Positions 42,230 through 50,850 of a stretch of DNA of 64,000 nucleotides are shown here, piece by piece. The stretch comes from an uncultured Acidobacteriota bacterium (GTDB lineage Bacteria > Acidobacteriota > Vicinamibacteria > Vicinamibacterales > 2-12-FULL-66-21). The position numbers and the translations under genes are program-made. Numbering within the stretch: position 1 is the first letter of the stretch; each line of letters starts with the position of its first letter. The stretch spans positions 453,950 to 517,949 of the forward strand of contig CAWIWL010000013.1 of the NCBI GenBank assembly GCA_963839705.1, given 5' to 3'. The notes under the pieces were generated by a model. The model worked only from the letters and a program-made list of their open reading frames with translations, made no database searches and was not told the origin of the DNA.

Positions 42230-44777
42230 ATGTTTCCTATGCTCTCTGATGCGCTTCAGGACGTTCGCTTCGGGCTTCGGCTGCTGCGGCGAAGTCCGGT
42301 GTTCACGACGGTCGCGGTCGCGTCGCTCGCGCTCGGCATTGGCGGGGCGGCGGCGGTGTTCTCGCTGCTCAACGCGATCGTGCTTCGCAGCCTCCCTGTG
42401 GCCGAACCCGATCGGCTCTTCGTCGCCGAGCGACATCGCCCCGACGAGATGTCGCCGCGGTTCTCATGGCCCGAGGCCATCCGGCTTCGCGACGAACTGG
42501 CCGGACGTTCTGAGCTTGCCGCCGCGAGCTCGATCGCCGCCGTCCAGCTCCGTCCGTCTCGCGCATCCGCGACCTCCGCCGAGCGCGGGTCGGTTCAGCT
42601 CGTCTCCGGCGAGTACTTCGACGTGCTCCGCCAGCGAGCCCACTCCGGCCGCCTCCTGACCCTCGACGACAACCGCGTGCTCGACGGTCACCCGGTCGCC
42701 GTCGTCAGCTACGGCTACTGGCAACGCAGCCTCGCCGGTGCATCCGATGCGATCGGTCAGACGCTCGCCATCAACGGTGCGCCATTCACCATCGTCGGCG
42801 TGACTGCTCCAGAGTTCTTCGGCACGACGGTGTCGATGCGAGGCGCCGACGCCTGGGTGCCGCTGATGATGCAGTCGACAATTCGCTACGGCGGGAACGC
42901 CAGCTCGCACGACGACGGCGACACCCGGAAGCCATGGCCGCCGCAGGAAAACATCGAGTGGCTGAACCTGTTCGCGCGCGTACCAACGGCCACCGAGCAG
43001 ACGTCGATTGCCGCGGCGCTGACCGTTCGCCACCATGCCTACGTTTCCGCGCGGCGCGGCGCTGACGCCAGCTACGCCGCGCAGCTGCGCGCCGAACGCA
43101 TCGTGCTCGCCCCGGCCGGCCGCGGCTTGTCCTCGCTCCGCAGTCAGGCCTCGACCGTGCTCTACGTCCTGCTCGCGATGATGGTCATCCTGCTCTTGAT
43201 CGCCAGCGGCAACGTCGCCAGCCTGCTCGTGGCGCGGGCGACTTCGCGCGAGCGCGAAATTGCCGTGCGCCTGTCGCTTGGCGCCGGGCGGGTCCGGCTC
43301 ATCCGTCAGCTCCTCGTCGAGAGCCTCCTGCTCGGTCTTGGCGGAGGCGCGGTGGGGCTCGGGTTCGCGGTGTGGGGCCGCGACCTCCTGCTCGGACTCT
43401 TTGCGAGCGGCCAGGCGTCGCTCATCACGCTCGACACCGGACTCGACTGGCGGGTGCTGGCCTTCTCGGCCGGCATGTCGCTCATGACGGGGCTGGCCTG
43501 CGGACTGCTGCCCGCCTTGCGCGGCACACGTGTGCCCGTCTCGGAGTCGCTCAAGCTCCAGACGCGCGCGGTGGGGCTGGTCAGCCGCCGGACGCTCCTC
43601 GCCGGCCGCGCGCTCGTCGCGGCGCAGATGGCGTTCTGTCTGCTCCTGCTCATCGTCGCCGGCCTGTTCGTGAGGAGCCTGCGCGTGCTGACGACTTCCG
43701 AGATCGGATTCGATCGCCAGCACCTGCTGGGCGCGCGGCTCGACGTGCGAAGCCTCGGGTACTCCGCCGGGCAGCGGCAGGTGCTCTACACGCGCTTGCT
43801 CGACCGCGTGCGGGCACTGCCGGGCGTGCAGTCGGCCAGCCTGTCGATGAACGGTCCCGTGATGGGATCCTCGCAGATCAGCGGCTTCAGCATCGAGGGC
43901 TACACGCCACGAACGGGCGAGCGGATGTCGACGAACGAGGAGATTGTCACCGAGGACTACTTCTCGACCGTCGGCCTGAAGATCGTCCGTGGCCGGACGT
44001 TCGGCTCGGGCGATCGCGGCGAAAGCTCCAAAGCCACGCTGATCAACGAAACGATGGCGCGCCGTTTCTTTCCGGGCCAAGACCCGATTGGCAAGCGCTG
44101 GGCCTACGATGCCAACTCGGTCAGCACGCCCGACGCCTTCGTCGTCGTCGGCGTCGTGGAGGACGCGAAGTATAGGGACTTGAAGGCCGCCATTCCAACG
44201 ATGACCTACCACTTGTCGGGACCGGCAGAGGACGCCGTGCTGAGCGATCTCGAGGTGCGCACGTCGGGCGCGCCCGAAGCGCTCGTGCCGACACTCCGAC
44301 AGGTGCTCGCCGAAGCCGAGCCAAACCTGCCGGTGTTCGACATTCTGCCGATCGAGCAGCGCGTCGCACGGGCGCTTTCGCAGGACGCGGTCGTCGCGCA
44401 GCTGACGACGGTGTTCAGCGGCATTTCGCTCCTGCTCGCCTGCCTCGGCCTCTACGGGACGATTTCCTACGGCGTCAACCAGCGCGTCGCCGAGCTCGGG
44501 CTGCGGATTGCCCTGGGAGCGGATCGGCGTCAGGGTCCTCTGGCTCGTGATGCGCGAAGCGCTGGTGCTCGTTGCCGTCGGAAGCGTCGTCGGATTCTCG
44601 CTGGCCTACCTGGCGGCTCGCAGCCTGGGTACCGTGCTGTACGGCATCGGTCCGGCCGATCCACTGGCCTACGGAATCGGCACGGCGCTGCTCTTGAGTG
44701 TCGGCCTCGTCGCCGCCTATCTCCCCGCGTTCCGCGCGTCTCGCATCGAACCGATGCGCGCGCTCGCGGGCGGCTGA
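42230..44777 (+). CDS. ADOP/MacB-like ABC transporter permease (frameshift near 44533)
   Basis: LQDVRFGLRLLRRSPVFTTVAVASLALGIGGAAAVFSLLNAIVLRSLP...ELGLRIALGADRRQ, resuming in a shifted frame VLWLVMREALVLVAVGSVVGFSLAYLAARSLGTVLYGIGPADPLAY...AAYLPAFRASRIEPMRALAGG. Confidence 0.92.
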
Positions 44778-44792
44778 TCGTTATTCACAGTC

Positions 44793-44939
44793 GTCCGGCT
44801 AAAGCCGGACACTACGACTGCCACAAAGCCAGCCGCACTGCGACTGACGCAAGTCCCGGCATTCGTAGTGTCCGGCTTTAGCCGGACCGTGCGACTGATC
44901 GCGAATCCCGGCATTCGTAGTGTCCGGCTTTAGCCGGAC
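44793..44939. repeat. Cluster of three GTAGTGTCCGGCTTTAGCCGGAC REP-like palindromes (44793-44815 reverse; 44865-44887; 44917-44939)
   Basis: Exact repeated 23-mers; the last two lie in a 52-bp spaced direct repeat that also shares cccggcattc upstream and cgtg downstream. Confidence 0.97.
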
Positions 44940-45046
44940 CGTGGGATTACTCTACAGCCCCGCTTCAAAGCCCGTCCGCAGTGCACTGGTACAGTCGATG
45001 CACCTCTTGTCATGGTGGGTATCTGATCACCTAGGAGGGTGTACTG

Positions 45047-45598
45047 ATGACTCGAAAGAAACTCGTGGGCTTCTTCGGCGTAATTGCCGTGGCCGCAGCG
45101 ATGACGGCGGCGTGCGCGCAGTCGGATGCCGGCATCACCACAGCAGTAAAGTCAAAATTTGCCGCGGACGACACGGTCAAGGCCTACCAGATCAATGTCG
45201 ACACCAAGGACAAAATTGTGACACTCAAGGGCGAAGTTGACTCGGCCGCTGCCAGAGACAAGGCCGTCGAAATTGCCCGCGCCACGGATGGCGTTCGCGA
45301 CGTCGTCAATGTGCTCGTGGTTACTCCGGCGACGGCGCCGACGAGCGGTGTCGCCGAGCGCGAGAAAGACACTGGCAACTTGACCGGCGATCCTTTGATC
45401 ACGGCGACTGTGAAAACGAAGATGCTGGCGGATGCGACGGTCAGCGGGTTGAAGATTAACGTCGACACCACGGACGGCGTGGTCAGCCTGACCGGCGACG
45501 TCACGTCGACCATCGAGAAGCGTCGCGCGCTCGAAATCGCACGGGAGACCGACGGCGTGAAGTCGGTCAAGGATGAACTGAAGATCATCAAGAAGTAA
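45047..45598 (+). CDS. Double BON-domain lipoprotein-like protein
   Basis: RBS aggaggg; lipobox-like AAAMTAACAQ; two BON repeats (VKSKFAADDTVKAYQINVDTKDKIVTLKGEV / VKTKMLADATVSGLKINVDTTDGVVSLTGDV). Confidence 0.93.
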   Translation: MTRKKLVGFFGVIAVAAAMTAACAQSDAGITTAVKSKFAADDTVKAYQINVDTKDKIVTLKGEVDSAAARDKAVEIARATDGVRDVVNVLVVTPATAPTSGVAEREKDTGNLTGDPLITATVKTKMLADATVSGLKINVDTTDGVVSLTGDVTSTIEKRRALEIARETDGVKSVKDELKIIKK

Positions 45599-45652
45599 CC
45601 GATCGTCACGAAGTAACCGATCGTCAGCAGTAACGCCTCAGGTGCGTGGAGT

Positions 45653-47005
45653 CTACCGTTCCGTGTTCGCGGTTGCCGGACGGTAGACTCGGCGCAATTT
45701 CGAGCCCAGCCAGACGAGCCCCGCGAAAACGACCAGGACCGTCAGCCACCTGACAGCGCTCGCCAGCCCGGCAGTGGTCATCGACGGCCAATCGAATCGC
45801 GAGAGATCGCGTCCGCGATCGATCATCCAGTGCCACGCCGTGTGGGCAACGATCGCCGAGATCAGGATCGTGCCCATCCGTTCGGCGACCACGTAGCGGA
45901 ATATCAACTGCAGCGCCGGCACCAGGACGATGAGAACCAGGAGCTGACCGAGCTCGACCCCGACGTTAAACGCGACGAGCGACGTCAGCACGTGCGAGCC
46001 GGCGAACTGCATCGTCTGCCGCAGCGCGAACGAGAACCCGAACCCGTGCACCAGGCCGAACGCCAGCGCGATGATCCAGCGGCTTTGACGGAGATACTCG
46101 GATCCTGCGATGTTCTCGAGCGCCATGTAGACGATCGACGCGGCGATTGCCGTCTCGATGAGCGGCGGGAACCACAGCGCGTCGGGTGCGAGGTCGAATG
46201 CCGAGGCGATGAGCGTGATCGAGTGGGCGATGGTGAAGGCCGTCACCACGAGCACCAGCGGCCGCAAGCGGCGGAACGGAATGACCAGGCAGAGCAGGAA
46301 CAGAAGATGATCGGTGCCGTCGAGAATGTGGAAGAAGCCCAGCTCGACGAAGCGCCAGGCGGCCTGATGCCAGCGCGGATCCAGTCTGACCATCCCCGGA
46401 TCCCCTGCCAGCTCGAACGCCCGCTCGACTCCGTCGGGCGAGCGAAAGCGCAGCGTGGTCACCACGCGGATGCCGAGCCTCGCGAACGCGGGGCGGATCG
46501 AGAACTCCGATCGATCCGACAGGATCGTGTACTCGAAGAGGACGTCCATCAGGCCCTGGTTCCAGACGAGCGCCGTATTCGTTGCGAGCGGCGGTCCGGT
46601 CGTGTGCGCGAGCGCTGTGTCGTACGACGCAAACGACCGATCGGAGGGCAGTGAGATCTGCGTGGCGACGATGCGCGGCGCATCCAGGCGGGTTCCGCCT
46701 TCGTAAAGCGTGATGCTGTCGGCGATCCACAATGTTGCGGCCTGACGGACGGCCGTCTCCGCTCGCGTGAAGTCGATATTATTCTCGTCGCGCGTCGGGA
46801 ACAGGATGTCCCGCATGGCGGCGATCGGCGCGCGCACGAGCAGGTGCAGCCGCTGCCCCTCGGGCCGCAGGAAGGCGTGGACGGTCACGTCGTTCGGGAT
46901 TTCGTGCGCGCGCGGCCGGCTCGGCAGAGCTAGCACGACGACCGCCGTGGTGACGATGAAGAGTGCCGCGAGGCCGCGAGCCTCCGGCCGTCGGTCGATC
47001 GCCAT
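45653..47005 (-). CDS. HupE/UreJ family membrane protein
   Basis: FVELGFFHILDGTDHLLFLLCLVIPFRRLRPLVLVVTAFTIAHSITLIASAF...GLVHGFGFSFALRQ...FNVGVELGQLLVLIVLVP. Confidence 0.92.
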   Translation of the reverse strand: MAIDRRPEARGLAALFIVTTAVVVLALPSRPRAHEIPNDVTVHAFLRPEGQRLHLLVRAPIAAMRDILFPTRDENNIDFTRAETAVRQAATLWIADSITLYEGGTRLDAPRIVATQISLPSDRSFASYDTALAHTTGPPLATNTALVWNQGLMDVLFEYTILSDRSEFSIRPAFARLGIRVVTTLRFRSPDGVERAFELAGDPGMVRLDPRWHQAAWRFVELGFFHILDGTDHLLFLLCLVIPFRRLRPLVLVVTAFTIAHSITLIASAFDLAPDALWFPPLIETAIAASIVYMALENIAGSEYLRQSRWIIALAFGLVHGFGFSFALRQTMQFAGSHVLTSLVAFNVGVELGQLLVLIVLVPALQLIFRYVVAERMGTILISAIVAHTAWHWMIDRGRDLSRFDWPSMTTAGLASAVRWLTVLVVFAGLVWLGSKLRRVYRPATANTER

Positions 47006-47073
47006 TCGGCGCAGTGTATACTGGCGGCCAATTGGGGGGAATCCTCAACCGTTCGCATTCGATCACCTTGGCG

Positions 47074-48234
47074 ATGCGTATGAATCGAAGCGCTCTCACC
47101 GCGGCCGTGGCCGTTGCCGCGATCGTCTTCACCGTTTCGGGCCACGCCTGGCAAACCTCGTCTCCCCGCCTCCAGGTCGACCCGCTCTGGCCGAAGCCCC
47201 TGCCGAATCACTGGCTCTTCGGCTCGATCACAGGGGTTGCGGTCGACTCGCAGGACCATGTCTGGGTCGTCCACCGTGGCGCCGCCTCGCTCAACGCGCG
47301 AACGGAGATGAGCGCGGCGACGAACCCGCCGACGGCCGATGAATGCTGTCATCCAGCGCCGCCTGTGCTCGAGTTCGATCAGTCCGGCGCATTGGTCGGC
47401 CACTGGGGCGGGCCGGGCGCGGGCTACGAGTGGCCGCGGTCGCCGGGCGGGATTGCGGTCGATGCTCAGGGCAACGTCTGGATCGCGGCGGCTGGCATTA
47501 CCGAGACTGCCGGCGCTCGCGGCCGTGGCGCCGAGCCTTCCGCTGCTCCGCCCGAGGACGCACACGTCCTGAAGTTCTCGCGGGCGGGGAAGTTCTTGCT
47601 ACAGATTGGGCAGGCGGGGAAGCCTGGCGGCAACGACAGCAAGACCGGATTGCACCGCCCCATGGCCATCGATGTGGACACCGCCGCGAACGAAGTCTAT
47701 GTAGCCGACGGTTTCGGCAACCGGCGCATCGTCGTCTTTGACGCGACGACGGGAGCCTACAAGCGTCACTGGGGCGCGTACGGCGCCGCTCCGGCCGAGG
47801 CCGAGCCGGGTCCGTACAATCCGAGCGCGCCGCCCTCGAAGCAGTTTCGAACCGTCAGCTGCGTCAAGGTCTCGAGCGACGGGCATGTCTACGTCTGCGA
47901 CCGCCTCAATAACCGTATTCAGGTGTTCCGCAAGAACGGCACGTTCGTGAAGGAAACGTCCGTATCGAAGACGACGACCGGCGAGGGCTCGGTGTGGGAT
48001 CTCGCGTTCTCCAGGGATCCACAACAGCGGTTCCTGTTCGTGGCCGACGGCCAGGATCAAAAGGTGTTCGTCCTCGACCGCGACAAGCTCGCGAGCGTGT
48101 CGAGCTTCGGCGGCGGGGGACGGTGGCCGGGCGGATTCTACGGCGTCGGCAGCGTCGCTGTCGACTCGAAGGGCAACGTCTACACGGGAGAGAACTTCGA
48201 AGGCAAGCGCCTGCAGAAGTTCGTCAATAGATGA
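47074..48234 (+). CDS. Secreted NHL-repeat beta-propeller protein (paralog 1)
   Basis: LQVDPLWPKPLPNHWLFGSITGVAVDSQDHVWVVHR...ECCHPAPPVLEFDQSGALVGHWGGPGAGYEWPRSPGGIAVDAQGNVWIA. Confidence 0.9.
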   Translation: MRMNRSALTAAVAVAAIVFTVSGHAWQTSSPRLQVDPLWPKPLPNHWLFGSITGVAVDSQDHVWVVHRGAASLNARTEMSAATNPPTADECCHPAPPVLEFDQSGALVGHWGGPGAGYEWPRSPGGIAVDAQGNVWIAAAGITETAGARGRGAEPSAAPPEDAHVLKFSRAGKFLLQIGQAGKPGGNDSKTGLHRPMAIDVDTAANEVYVADGFGNRRIVVFDATTGAYKRHWGAYGAAPAEAEPGPYNPSAPPSKQFRTVSCVKVSSDGHVYVCDRLNNRIQVFRKNGTFVKETSVSKTTTGEGSVWDLAFSRDPQQRFLFVADGQDQKVFVLDRDKLASVSSFGGGGRWPGGFYGVGSVAVDSKGNVYTGENFEGKRLQKFVNR

Positions 48235-49415
48235 TCGAGCGACGTGATCTGCTGATCGGGTCGGCGTTTCTGGTATCCATCATCGGGCTTGGCACGGCGT
48301 CGCATGTGCTCGAGCGCGTGGCCGATGCGCAGGATCGCAGTGCGCTCCAGGCGCCGCGCTTCGAGGTCGACCCGCTCTGGCCGAAGCCCTTGCCCAACAA
48401 CTGGCTGCTCGGTCAGGTGATTGGCCTTGGCATCGACTCCCAGGATCACGTGTGGATCGTGCACCGCGTCGACTCGCTCTCCGCAACGGAAGCTGCCGCC
48501 GACCAGAACCCGCCGACCGGGTCGTGCTGCTCGAAGGCGCCGCCCGTGCTCGAGTTCGATCCCGCCGGCAATCTCGTCGGACACTGGGGCGGCCCCGCCG
48601 AGGGCTACGAGTGGCCGACGTCGAACCACGGCATCTTCATCGACCACAAGAACAACGTGTGGATTGGCGGCAACGGCGACAAAGACGCGCACGTCCTGAA
48701 GTTCACGAGGAACGGCAAGCTCCTCATGCAGATCGGGCGGCAGGGCAAGCGCGTCGGCAGCCACGATCTCGAGAACTTCGGCCGCGTCGCGAAGATCTTC
48801 GTCGACGCGAAGACCAACGAGGCGTACATCGCCGACGGCTACCAGAACAAGCGCGTAGTCGTCATCGACGCCGACAGCGGGAAGTTCAAGCGCTACTGGG
48901 GCGCCTACGGGAACAAGCCGGACGACACCGACCTCGGCCGCTACGATCCGAAGGCGCCGCCCGCGCAGCAGTTCCGGACGCCGGTGCACTGCGCCGATCT
49001 GTCGAACGACGGGCTGCTCTACGTCTGCGATCGGCCGAACGATCGCGTTCAGGTGTTCAAGGCCGACGGCACGTTCGTCAAGGAAACCTTCGTCGCGCGC
49101 AACACGCTCGGCGACGGGTCGACCTGGGACGTCGCCTTCTCCAAGGATCCGCAGCAGAAGTATCTCTATCTGGCCGATGGCAAGAACGAGAAGGTCTACG
49201 TCATCGAGCGCGACACGATGCAGATTCTGACGAGCTTCGGCGACGGCGGACGCCAACCCGGCCAGTTCTTCGCGGTGCATAGCATCGCGACCGATTCCAA
49301 GGGCAACCTGTTCACTACCGAAACCTACGAGGGACGACGGCTGCAGAAGTTTGTCTACAAGGGGCTGGCTCCCGTCACCAAGATGGATCAGGGCACCGTC
49401 TGGCCCGCGAGGTAA
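48231..49415 (+). CDS. Secreted NHL-repeat beta-propeller protein (paralog 2, ATGA overlap with paralog 1)
   Basis: FEVDPLWPKPLPNNWLLGQVIGLGIDSQDHVWIVHR...GSCCSKAPPVLEFDPAGNLVGHWGGPAEGYEWPTSNHGIFIDHKNNVWIG. Confidence 0.9.
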   Translation: MIERRDLLIGSAFLVSIIGLGTASHVLERVADAQDRSALQAPRFEVDPLWPKPLPNNWLLGQVIGLGIDSQDHVWIVHRVDSLSATEAAADQNPPTGSCCSKAPPVLEFDPAGNLVGHWGGPAEGYEWPTSNHGIFIDHKNNVWIGGNGDKDAHVLKFTRNGKLLMQIGRQGKRVGSHDLENFGRVAKIFVDAKTNEAYIADGYQNKRVVVIDADSGKFKRYWGAYGNKPDDTDLGRYDPKAPPAQQFRTPVHCADLSNDGLLYVCDRPNDRVQVFKADGTFVKETFVARNTLGDGSTWDVAFSKDPQQKYLYLADGKNEKVYVIERDTMQILTSFGDGGRQPGQFFAVHSIATDSKGNLFTTETYEGRRLQKFVYKGLAPVTKMDQGTVWPAR

Positions 49416-49539
49416 GGCACCTGAACGGCCCTCCGCGGCCGACCTGACGATGCGGCGCCGGCTGAGGTGAATCGTTGCCCGCGCAAAGGCGGGGGAAGCA
49501 TCGTATCCTCGACAGATCCTGCTCTACGGAGCGACTCTG

Positions 49540-50808
49540 ATGCCTATTGAAATCAAGATCAACAACTCGCTGAATCCGAACGCGCGTTACATCACGTACG
49601 CCCCGTCACCCTGTCAGATCCGTCAGACACCGTCGAGTAGTGCATTGACGGTGAAGCTGACGAGCAAGGCGGCGAAAACCGGAGGAGGCGTCGCCGTCTT
49701 CTACGCGAATCGGGTGGTGGGAGCCCAACCGGCCGCGACCCTGACCGTGACGCTTCCGGCGAACGGGACCTGGGTGGACTTCGGGCTGGCGGGGAAGCAG
49801 GGCAAACCGAGCGTCGACGATCTCGATTGCCTGCTGATTGCGACTGCGACCGGCGGCGGCGCGAGTCTGACGGTTCCGTTGATGGTGCGTGTCCGCAAGA
49901 ACGCCAACAAGCTCAAAGCCCGCGAGCGAGACCGGTTTCTTCTCGCGCTGGCAAAGCTCAACAGCGTCACCCCGGTGCCCAGCACGTACCAGACGTTGCG
50001 CAACATGCACGTGGACGCCGCCGATCCCGAGGAGCACGCGGGACCGCATTTCCTGCCCTGGCACAGATCGTATCTGCTTGACCTCGAACGTGGGCTGCAG
50101 GCGATCGATCCGTCAGTGTCCATGCACTACTGGCGTTTCGACCAGAAGGCACCCAAGGTGTTTCACAAGCTCTTCATGGGCGAAACGAAGCGGTTGCCTC
50201 TCTCGGCTGATTTCGTTCTTCTTGACCCTGACAATCCGTTGGTGGGGTGGGTCACCGACTCCGAGCCGGGCATCCTCCGGGCGTCAGTCTTCAATACGAA
50301 GACGGAGGCCGCTCCAGGTTTTCCGGGCTTTGAGCTGCTCAACCAGGCCCAGACCCTGGCCCTTGGGCCGAACTACCCCGCATTCCGTGTAATGGAGGGC
50401 ACGCCCCATGGGGCCGCGCACGTCTCGTTCAACGGGTGGATCTCTGACATCCCGACCGCGCCGAAGGATCCGCTGTTCTTCATGCTGCATGCCAACGTGG
50501 ATCGCCTTTGGGCGTTGTGGCAGTGGATGAATGATCGCACCAATCCCGACGATCCAAATACTTACACCGGGCAAAATATCGATGGCCGGCGAGTGAACGA
50601 TACGATGTGGCCGTGGAACGGAGTGATCACGCTGCCTCGTCCGAACTTCGCACCGGGTAGCGGACTTCCAGGTTCGCCGCTGACACCGACACCCGGTGTC
50701 AAGCCAACCATCCGCAACATGATCGACTACCACGGGAGCAGGGTCGCGCTACCCTTGGATTGGCTTGGTTTCAGCTACGACGACGTTCCCTTCGAATTCA
50801 ACCCGTAA
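49540..50808 (+). CDS. Tyrosinase family copper protein with N-terminal beta-sandwich-like extension
   Basis: CuA region NMHVDAADPEEHAGPHFLPWHRSYLLDLERGLQ; CuB region HGAAHVSFNGWISD...DPLFFMLHANVDRLWALWQWM; N-terminal 120 aa lack catalytic motifs. Confidence 0.9.
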   Translation: MPIEIKINNSLNPNARYITYAPSPCQIRQTPSSSALTVKLTSKAAKTGGGVAVFYANRVVGAQPAATLTVTLPANGTWVDFGLAGKQGKPSVDDLDCLLIATATGGGASLTVPLMVRVRKNANKLKARERDRFLLALAKLNSVTPVPSTYQTLRNMHVDAADPEEHAGPHFLPWHRSYLLDLERGLQAIDPSVSMHYWRFDQKAPKVFHKLFMGETKRLPLSADFVLLDPDNPLVGWVTDSEPGILRASVFNTKTEAAPGFPGFELLNQAQTLALGPNYPAFRVMEGTPHGAAHVSFNGWISDIPTAPKDPLFFMLHANVDRLWALWQWMNDRTNPDDPNTYTGQNIDGRRVNDTMWPWNGVITLPRPNFAPGSGLPGSPLTPTPGVKPTIRNMIDYHGSRVALPLDWLGFSYDDVPFEFNP

Positions 50809-50850
50809 GGGCTCAAAGAGAAACCTCCCGTAAGGGCCAAAGAGGGAGTT

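Noticed and set aside
42464-44212. 582-aa minus-strand ORF
   Set aside because: Antisense to the ADOP permease; no recognisable family.
44793-44939. CRISPR-like repeats
   Set aside because: Palindromic units vary in orientation and the spacers are partly identical, which fits a REP/BIME cluster.
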